Assembly (NCBI GenBank): GCA_030706745.1
Contig: JAUZNX010000004.1
Span: 218,152 to 282,151, forward strand
Direction of reading: 5' to 3'
Length of the DNA stretch: 64,000 nt
Source of the DNA: Bacteroidota bacterium
Lineage (GTDB): Bacteria; Bacteroidota; Ignavibacteria; Palsa-1295
Part shown: piece by piece, positions 56,929 to 64,000 of the stretch
Position numbering within the stretch: position 1 is the stretch's first letter
How the letters are laid out: every line of letters begins with the position of its first letter
Made by a program: the position numbers and the translations under genes
Notes under the pieces: model-generated
Seen by the model: the letters and a program-made list of their open reading frames with translations, nothing else
What the model was told of the DNA's origin: nothing
The model's database searches: none

Positions 56929-59661
56929 TCAATGGATTATCTGCACCCGCCGCGAGGCGCTGAAACCTCCATTCGAAATTCGAAGGTAATAGGCTCCCCC
57001 TGGTAGAGTAGATACATCGATCTGTAGCGCCGTGCCGTGCGCGTCCTGAGCCGGAACAGCCGCGCGTCCCAGGACATCATACATCTCCGCGTGGAAGGTG
57101 GCGTTCTCGCCATCTTCCACGGCGCCCACCACGTGGACTTCAAGCTTATCGTTTGCAGGATTCGGACGAATGTCATCAATCGTAAATGCGCCTTGTGACA
57201 TCACCTCTCCCATGGGACCAAAGCCGCAAGCAGAAATAAGGACGAAGTTCGAACCGGACGTATCGATCGACGCGATGCATGCAGGCAGAAGGCCCGTCTG
57301 ATTCTCGAATGTGACATTCGAGAGTTGGAGGGTGGTTGTCTGCATCGAAGCAAGATACACTTTGAATGTAAGGATACCCACTGTATCGCTTGCCGGCAAT
57401 GGTGTAAGATTGAAATGCTGCACTTCTGCCGTGGGGTCGCCGGTCGTGCTCGTTGGCATAAGTCCGATACCTGCGAAGCTCAGGAAATCATCGTTGTGCG
57501 TGAGATCGAAATGAATCGCAGTGAAGGGTCGGAGTGCGGCGCTCCGGTGTCGCAGGACCACGTACACGGTCACGGTTTGGCCAGGCTTCACGTTGTCCGG
57601 ATGAGAAAGTACAATCGAAAATGGCTCCGGATATACAATGCTCGCACGCAACGGGATGGGTTGAAATGCGCTATCGGCGTTCGTGCGGAATAGAAGTGCG
57701 GCGCTGATACTCGCGGGATGGCGTGTCGTGTCCGGTATTGCTGTAATACGAACCTTCGCTGAGCTGCCGCCTGGCAGCACAAAGGGATAAGAGGTGTCGG
57801 TCACAAAGTTGCCGTTCTTCGCACCAATCGAATCGCCGAACACGATCACCGTATCGCATCCGGGATTGTAGAGTGTGATTGTTGTGTCGCGCTGTTGGCA
57901 TACATACACGGTGCCGAACGAAAGGACCGAATCGGAAGTCAATACCGCAAGTCTCGGCAGCGCGGACAATCGAATCGGTATTCTTCTATAAAAGAACCCG
58001 AAGTTTGTGTCTACTCCCGAGGCATGTGGGAAGTAGTAGTAATTATTGAGTGTGGAATCCAGCCCAAGATAGTGTCCGAAGATCGTGATGCTGTCCGAAA
58101 TATTGCCAACGATCCCGGTTGGATCGAACGCGAACAGCAATGAATCGTGATAGAGCATGCGGGCCGTATCAGGTATGGCCGAGACCAATCGAAAACGTGA
58201 AGCGATCGAGTCCGTAATCCACACCGAGTCGATCGCGAGCGTCTCGCAGGAATCGAGCGTGATGAGTGCCACCTCAGTGTCGAGCCTGCAACTACCGGCA
58301 AATGTTCGGGGCGGGGCGATCAGGGCGGTCGGAATGGTAACGACATGGACCGTCCGCGTCTCCGACCAGTCTGAACACTGCCAGTGATTATCGAATTTGA
58401 GTACCACATTGCTCACCGGGTGATGTGGATTGTATGCAAGCCAAAATGTATCCGCGGCTTGCTTGGTGAGAACTGTGGACGTGGGCCCGAGCAACGAAAA
58501 ATCGCCGAGACTATCGCTCGCAATACTGATCTGTTCGCTCATGCTGTCAACATCCGACCAGAAAGGGATCGGAATCCGCATCGCATTGCACATGGAAGTA
58601 AGTTCGAGTGGAATATTGAATGTATCCTGCTGCATGAGCGGCGCGCCGTTCGAGTCCGTCATGTTGGGGCCACTGTGGAGCATGTCATCACCGCCAGTGA
58701 AGGTCATCCAAATTTCGCGGTAGACCCCCCATGCCCCAACTTGCCGCAATACGCTCATAGCGGCGTGCTCGCCCATTGGTCCGAATGGATAAAGCAGATG
58801 CGGACCGTTAAGGACGGTGATGATCGACTTCCAGGTCAGGCCGTCATCGGTTGTGCGGTAGAGTCCACCGGTATCCGAGATGTATGCGGTGGTGCTTGCT
58901 CCTGTGAGCCATTCCGGAAATGGCCCGGAGCCGGTCGGGACCGTCCGCCAGGTCAAGCCAAGATCCGTCGAGCGAAAGACCGTGCCCCACGCGTTGGGAC
59001 AGAGATACACACTCTTGCACCGGTCGGCAAAGGCTCCCGCACTGCTTGGATCAATTCCGTTAACGATGGACATCCAGGTCCTACCTCCATCCGATGAATA
59101 ATAGATGCTTCCACTGCCCGTTGCGATGCAGTGCGTCGTATCCAGCCGCGCAAAAGTCTGCATGGGGTCTTTCAGGCACTGGATGTTACCGGCGGCATCC
59201 GCATAAATATCATTGGCATTATTCAGATGGAGTCCCGAGTATTGCCAATGCACGCCGGAGTCCGACGAGACGAGCACGTCCTGTTCCGTTGCGGCATACA
59301 GCTTTCCTTGAATGAATCGGATCTTCCGGACCATTGCGATGCCCGACGGCATCGTGGAGTGGGTCCATTTGCCACGCTTGGACAAATAATAGATAGTATC
59401 GGTGGGGATTCCTGGTGTGAGCGCTGCAAGGCCATGCGTTGCGTCGAAAAAATAGAACGCGGTGACTTTCCATTCTTTGTCGAACTGAGAAATAAAGTTC
59501 TTCGTCAGTCCCGTCCCGCCGCACATCATCCATTCGGGACCACCGAGTCCGTTTTCGAGAGAGTCAGCCTGCGCCCGTGCGATATTCGCGCTGAAACTCA
59601 TCGTGCAGACAAGCACCAGAATGCTGAGGATGAGACGTTTGATCCTCAGTGACGCTATCAT
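56929..59661 (-). CDS. large secreted BNR/Asp-box repeat beta-propeller protein with a T9SS C-terminal sorting domain (paralog A)
   Basis: Start moved to MIASLRIKRLILSILVLV signal peptide. Repeated S-x-D-x-G-x-T-W Asp-box motifs. C-terminal IRPNPANDKLEVHVV...LPGGAYYLRI...RVQIIH CTD. Confidence 0.7.
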   Translation of the reverse strand: MIASLRIKRLILSILVLVCTMSFSANIARAQADSLENGLGGPEWMMCGGTGLTKNFISQFDKEWKVTAFYFFDATHGLAALTPGIPTDTIYYLSKRGKWTHSTMPSGIAMVRKIRFIQGKLYAATEQDVLVSSDSGVHWQYSGLHLNNANDIYADAAGNIQCLKDPMQTFARLDTTHCIATGSGSIYYSSDGGRTWMSIVNGIDPSSAGAFADRCKSVYLCPNAWGTVFRSTDLGLTWRTVPTGSGPFPEWLTGASTTAYISDTGGLYRTTDDGLTWKSIITVLNGPHLLYPFGPMGEHAAMSVLRQVGAWGVYREIWMTFTGGDDMLHSGPNMTDSNGAPLMQQDTFNIPLELTSMCNAMRIPIPFWSDVDSMSEQISIASDSLGDFSLLGPTSTVLTKQAADTFWLAYNPHHPVSNVVLKFDNHWQCSDWSETRTVHVVTIPTALIAPPRTFAGSCRLDTEVALITLDSCETLAIDSVWITDSIASRFRLVSAIPDTARMLYHDSLLFAFDPTGIVGNISDSITIFGHYLGLDSTLNNYYYFPHASGVDTNFGFFYRRIPIRLSALPRLAVLTSDSVLSFGTVYVCQQRDTTITLYNPGCDTVIVFGDSIGAKNGNFVTDTSYPFVLPGGSSAKVRITAIPDTTRHPASISAALLFRTNADSAFQPIPLRASIVYPEPFSIVLSHPDNVKPGQTVTVYVVLRHRSAALRPFTAIHFDLTHNDDFLSFAGIGLMPTSTTGDPTAEVQHFNLTPLPASDTVGILTFKVYLASMQTTTLQLSNVTFENQTGLLPACIASIDTSGSNFVLISACGFGPMGEVMSQGAFTIDDIRPNPANDKLEVHVVGAVEDGENATFHAEMYDVLGRAAVPAQDAHGTALQIDVSTLPGGAYYLRISNGGFSASRRVQIIH

Positions 59662-59680
59662 GCTTGCTGGCCTATTGAGC

Positions 59681-62600
59681 CTATCGTTCAATCGACACAC
59701 TCCGTGTTTGTGAATAGCCGTTGGAGAGGATGCGAAGATAATACAAGTCCGACGGAAGGGCACGAACATCGAACGTAAAGTGATCGCGCACAGATCTTTC
59801 GGACATTTCTTGTGGCGGAATCGCAACGCGCCCGAGGGCATCATACAACTCAGCATGAAACGTGGCGCCGGGTTCGGTACTAATCAAGCGCACGCTAATC
59901 TCATCATGTGCGGGATTGGGACGAACATCGTCGACCGTGAAGCTGCCTGAATTCAGGAAATCACGGATCATGCCATCGCTGCAGCCGGGAATATATCTGA
60001 AGATGGAACCCGTGTCCGCAAGCGAGCCGACGCAGTCGTTCGGCAGGTCGCGGCGGTTATCGAGCACGATATTCGAAAGTGTGAGCGGCGTCGTGTCTGC
60101 TCTCGCAAGATATGCTTTGAACGTCAACGTTCCGATTGTATCACTTGCCGGAAGCGAGTCGAGTACAAAGTGCAGCGTCATTTGTCCGTTGACGTTCGGT
60201 CCACTCGTACCCAGAAGTCCGGCACCGATCGCGGTGTCAAATGCGAGGAGATCATCATCATGGGTCAGATCGAACGAGAGTGAGCGAAGCGATGTGCCGC
60301 GTGCAGCAGCGCCGCCCGTGAGTACCAAGACGAATGTCACCTCTTTACCTGCGGGAGCACTTTGCTCGCTGAGTACGGCAATAGACAAGTGCTCGGGATA
60401 GATGACTTCAATCCATAAGTTGATCGTGTCGATTTGCAGAATAGAAGCTTCGCTATAAACAATCATCTTGCCGAAGATTTCCAACGGCGCGCCAGCTGTG
60501 TCGGGCGCGACATGAACGGTAATCGGTAGCGAACCAAACGGTGGAATGGAAACCGGGAAACTCGAATGGGAGGAAAAGGATGGATTCGTAAATGCGAGAC
60601 TATCGAGCCAAAGCGTGTCGCAACCGGGATTCGCAATCGTCACGATCGTATCCCGGACTTGACACGTATACACGTCATTGAATACCGCACCATCCAGCGA
60701 GGCATCCAGGTAAGACTCGCCGGGAATGATCGTTCCGGCGACCCATAGACTTGTATCATGCAAGGGAGCGCCGCTATTCCGTGCATATTGGAAGTGGATG
60801 GAGCCCGAATGGAAGCCTTTGATTCGCCCTCCAAGACGAATTGTGAGAATAGTAGAATCACCAGGCAAGAGATCGGACGAGAGTGGCGATAGAAGTGAGA
60901 AAGACGTATCGACAGATCCACCGGCAGTGCCAGAAATCGTCGCTGGTGTGAAGAATAGTGTATCACATCCCAGATTGCGGATTGTGTCGCGCAGTATCAT
61001 TTCCCCTTTGCAGAATGACACCAGACCCCCATCCAGCGCAGTGCTGGTCATTTCCAAAATGCCATAGTGCGGATAGCCGGTGGCTGCGAGTGGCAGAACG
61101 ATCTGCTTGGTTTCACCGGAGACGACCCGCAAGGTGAGTGAGCCAGCAAATGCGCCAGTATCTGGCGCGCCGAACTCGATTGGAACCGATGCTGATTGAC
61201 CAGCCTGAACGATAATCGGCAGAGGGATCGTTGGCCGCGTAAATCCACCGCCTGCGATCGAAATGCTCGTGATCGTGTCCGGCGTGCAGCCTTTGTTGAT
61301 GAACGTGGCAGAGGTGTCCTGCAATCGCGCACAGAGAATTGGGCGGTCAACGGCAAGTACCGAATCCCGCGTGACGAGAGCCACGCTGGCAAGCGCAAAC
61401 ATGCGGATCGGGACGATCTCATAAAAGAAGGCGAAGTTCGTATCCTGACCCCACGAATGAGGAAAGTAGTAGAGCGTATCCAAGACCGTGTCGATGCCGA
61501 GATAGTGGCCGAAGACTTTCACGTTCTCCGAAAAGTTGGCAACAATTCCGGCCGGGTCAAATGAGAAGAAGAGCGAATCGTGATCGCCAAGGCGAGCCGT
61601 ATCCGGAAGGGGGGAGGCAATTTTGAGACGCGCGGAAATCGAAGGTGGGATTTGCACAGAGTCGATCACGAGTGTCTGACACGAATCGATGAGAAGCCGT
61701 GCTGCCTCGGTGTCTGGTTTGCAATTGCCGGCAAGCGCCGGTGGAGGAGCGATCGTCGCTGTTGGTATCGTAATAATATGTACCGTTTGAAATTCCGGCC
61801 AGTCCGAGCACTGCCAGTGATTATCAATTCGGAGCACCGCGCTGCTCATCGTGTGATGCGGGGTATACGATAGCCAGAGCGTGTCATGTTGCCGAGTATT
61901 GAGATGGGACGACGTTCGCTGGGCGAGCGCAAAGTCTCCAAAGCTATCTCTGGCAATCGTAATTGTTGCCGATAACCCCTCAACATCACTCTCCAGCGGA
62001 ATAGGAATGAGCAGCGGCTGGCATGGCGAAACAATCCTGAGAGGAACATCGAATGTATCATGCTGATTGAGCGGAGCGCCGTTCGAATCCTCCGTGGCCA
62101 GGGCGCCATGCAAATCATCCAGCCCGCCCGTTGTTGCCATGAAGATGAATCCATCCGGGATGACGACATGCTCACCCATTGGTCCAAACACGAAGAATGG
62201 GCTTGACCCATGATTCACGGTTATGACCGATCGCCAGGTCAGGCCATCATCCGTGGAGCGGAACATTCCAGCCATCGATGTCAAGTAGGTGGTTACGCTC
62301 GCACCTGCGACCCACTCGGAGCCTGAGCCGGAGCCAGTATTCTTCAAGGTCCAGGTCTTGCCGGAATCGACCGAGCGCCACGCCGTACCCCAGGAGTTTG
62401 GACAGACATACGCTTTGCGACATCGATCGGCAAATGCGCCCGTGCTCGCGAGATCGGCCACTGGGACGCCGGTCGTGGTCCAAGTGAGTCCGCCATCACT
62501 CGATATGTAGATATTACCCGTCCCTTGCGCGATACAGTTCAGCGTGTCGAGCCGAGCGAAGACCTTCATCGGATCGGTTAGGACCCGGATATTGCCTTTA

Positions 62601-62998
62601 CCATCCGCATAGATGTCATTGGCGTTCGTAAGGCCAAGCCCGGAGAATTGCCACGTGCGGCCCGAGTCAAGCGAGAAGATGAGATCCGCATTCGTAGCGG
62701 CAAATAGCGTATCGTGGATGAGGCGGAGCGCACGTATCGAGGTTACGCCGGCAGGCGCAGAGACGAATTGCCAGCGGATTACCGGGTAACTAATGAGCGC
62801 AAATTGTCTGCCGCCAGCGAGTACCCCATGAATGGGATCGAAGAAGAAGATCGCGGTAGGCGAAAGCCCAATATTACCACCGACCATTTGCCACTGCGGC
62901 GAACTCTGCGCTCGAATACCATTTGCGTCGAAACTTGCCAGGCAACATAGCAGTGCGAATGCGCCTGAGACACGCCTAACCCATATCAGTTTTGACAT
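59681..62998 (-). CDS. large secreted BNR/Asp-box repeat protein with a T9SS C-terminal sorting domain (paralog B)
   Basis: Signal peptide. Asp-box repeats (SLDSGRTW, SSDGGLTW, SVDSGKTW, STDDGLTW). Extensive block similarity to paralog A. CTD VRPNPAHDEISVRL...LPSDLYYLRI. Confidence 0.7.
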   Translation of the reverse strand: MSKLIWVRRVSGAFALLCCLASFDANGIRAQSSPQWQMVGGNIGLSPTAIFFFDPIHGVLAGGRQFALISYPVIRWQFVSAPAGVTSIRALRLIHDTLFAATNADLIFSLDSGRTWQFSGLGLTNANDIYADGKGNIRVLTDPMKVFARLDTLNCIAQGTGNIYISSDGGLTWTTTGVPVADLASTGAFADRCRKAYVCPNSWGTAWRSVDSGKTWTLKNTGSGSGSEWVAGASVTTYLTSMAGMFRSTDDGLTWRSVITVNHGSSPFFVFGPMGEHVVIPDGFIFMATTGGLDDLHGALATEDSNGAPLNQHDTFDVPLRIVSPCQPLLIPIPLESDVEGLSATITIARDSFGDFALAQRTSSHLNTRQHDTLWLSYTPHHTMSSAVLRIDNHWQCSDWPEFQTVHIITIPTATIAPPPALAGNCKPDTEAARLLIDSCQTLVIDSVQIPPSISARLKIASPLPDTARLGDHDSLFFSFDPAGIVANFSENVKVFGHYLGIDTVLDTLYYFPHSWGQDTNFAFFYEIVPIRMFALASVALVTRDSVLAVDRPILCARLQDTSATFINKGCTPDTITSISIAGGGFTRPTIPLPIIVQAGQSASVPIEFGAPDTGAFAGSLTLRVVSGETKQIVLPLAATGYPHYGILEMTSTALDGGLVSFCKGEMILRDTIRNLGCDTLFFTPATISGTAGGSVDTSFSLLSPLSSDLLPGDSTILTIRLGGRIKGFHSGSIHFQYARNSGAPLHDTSLWVAGTIIPGESYLDASLDGAVFNDVYTCQVRDTIVTIANPGCDTLWLDSLAFTNPSFSSHSSFPVSIPPFGSLPITVHVAPDTAGAPLEIFGKMIVYSEASILQIDTINLWIEVIYPEHLSIAVLSEQSAPAGKEVTFVLVLTGGAAARGTSLRSLSFDLTHDDDLLAFDTAIGAGLLGTSGPNVNGQMTLHFVLDSLPASDTIGTLTFKAYLARADTTPLTLSNIVLDNRRDLPNDCVGSLADTGSIFRYIPGCSDGMIRDFLNSGSFTVDDVRPNPAHDEISVRLISTEPGATFHAELYDALGRVAIPPQEMSERSVRDHFTFDVRALPSDLYYLRILSNGYSQTRSVSIER

Positions 62999-63214
62999 TC
63001 TTCCGGTCCAATTGTAACAGAGGTCTCAATTATAGAAGACCAACGAGTCGGCAAAAGGTAACAGGTTAAGAGTCAATTTTATCGTCCAAACGGCCTATTT
63101 CCTCGAATTTGGCTTATCCAAGTACGGAGTATTGCGAAATTTAGGTACTCGAGTCTTCGTTCTCGGTCGCAATGACACTCAGGACTCAGCACTTAGCACT
63201 CAGGACTTAAGCCC

Positions 63215-63943
63215 TTGACCCCTGTAGGCATCATCCTCGCCGGCGGCTCCGGTTCGCGACTGCACCCATGCACGGCCGTGACGAACAAGCATTTGCTGCC
63301 CATCGGCGAAATGCCGATGATCTTCTATCCGATCAAAAAGCTCGTGGCTGCGGGCATTCAGGATATTCTGATTGTGACTGGCACCGAGCACATGGGCGAT
63401 TTTCTCTCGCTGCTTGGCAGCGGTAAGAATTTCGGCTGCGCTCTCAGCTACCGCGTGCAGGATGAAGCCGGGGGCATTGCGCAGGCACTTGCACTCGCCG
63501 AGCGGTTTACGAACGCACAGCCGATGGTCGTTATGCTCGGTGATAATATCTTCGAGGACTCACTTTCGGCGATGGTCGGGGCGTTCACCGCGAACTCCGA
63601 GCATGCGCACATTTTACTCAAGGAAGTGCCGGATGCCGAGCGATTTGGTGTCGCAGAGTTAGATGGCGGGCGAATTGTTTCGATCGTCGAGAAGCCGGCG
63701 AAGCCCCGATCGAATTTTGCCGTAACTGGCATCTATTGCTATCCGCCGGACGTGTTCGATATTATCCGAGCACTCAAACCTTCCGCCCGAGGCGAGTATG
63801 AGATCACGGATGTGAACAATGTTTATCTCGGGAAGGGACGACTATCGGCTACCACACTTACTGGGTACTGGACTGATGCCGGGACATTCCCATCGCTGGC
63901 TCGGGCGAACGAACTGGTGAGGCAATCGCCACCGAAGTTTTAA
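63215..63943 (+). CDS. sugar-phosphate nucleotidyltransferase (glucose-1-phosphate thymidylyltransferase/RmlA-like short form)
   Basis: GIILAGGSGSRLHPCT...NKHLLPI N-terminal motif of the NTP_transferase family. TTG start. Confidence 0.75.
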   Translation: MTPVGIILAGGSGSRLHPCTAVTNKHLLPIGEMPMIFYPIKKLVAAGIQDILIVTGTEHMGDFLSLLGSGKNFGCALSYRVQDEAGGIAQALALAERFTNAQPMVVMLGDNIFEDSLSAMVGAFTANSEHAHILLKEVPDAERFGVAELDGGRIVSIVEKPAKPRSNFAVTGIYCYPPDVFDIIRALKPSARGEYEITDVNNVYLGKGRLSATTLTGYWTDAGTFPSLARANELVRQSPPKF

Positions 63944-64000
63944 ACCTGGATTTCGCGTAATCCCCCTTAATCCGTGTAATCGTGGTTCTACTACTTACTG

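Noticed and set aside
1-64000. CRISPR arrays, prophage modules, rRNA genes, integrons
   Set aside because: No regularly spaced direct repeats with unique spacers, no phage structural gene series, no rRNA-like conserved stretches and no attC-like arrays were seen. The short tandem repeats found are microsatellites inside CDSs.

Overview
This 64 kb window is a chromosomal segment (GC roughly 55-58%) from a Bacteroidota/Ignavibacteriota-like (FCB group) bacterium.

Backbone. Housekeeping genes are easy to recognise: rpsA (S1), adk, miaA, pcm, citrate synthase, rarA, a fused-E1 TPP 2-oxo-acid dehydrogenase, an HI0933-type flavoprotein, an NMO-family FMN oxidoreductase, an acyl-CoA synthetase and one tRNA-Arg(UCG).

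Accessory content.
- Eleven genes carry a Por/T9SS C-terminal sorting domain: a delta-60-repeat protein, a Tat-signal multicopper oxidase, a Kelch protein, a tandem triplet of ~680-aa paralogs next to a TPR-LuxR regulator, two tandem ~900-1100-aa BNR/Asp-box paralogs, and others.
- A Type III-like R-M operon runs res then mod with an 8-nt overlap. Its mod gene is split by what looks like a single-nucleotide deletion in a GG run, and a small terminator-flanked ORF sits upstream.
- A solitary IS200/RAYT-type HUH transposase is present.
- There is a hybrid PAS histidine kinase/response regulator.
- A CoxE-like vWA gene faces a divergently transcribed deoxyhypusine-synthase-like gene.
- An MBL-rhodanese fusion is present.

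Non-coding signals. In-frame heptanucleotide microsatellites sit inside two unrelated CDSs. A 109-bp element between miaA and the E1 gene has perfect 24-bp inverted repeats with nested copies of the same motif. An interrupted inverted repeat lies at the adk divergent promoter. Palindrome-rich 5' UTR motifs are conserved upstream of the three tandem T9SS paralogs. A copy of the last 38 codons of the vWA gene lies 350 bp downstream of the intact gene. Several clean intrinsic terminators are present.

Limits. No CRISPR array, prophage or rRNA was seen. Everything here is read by eye from the sequence and the ORF translations, without database searches.
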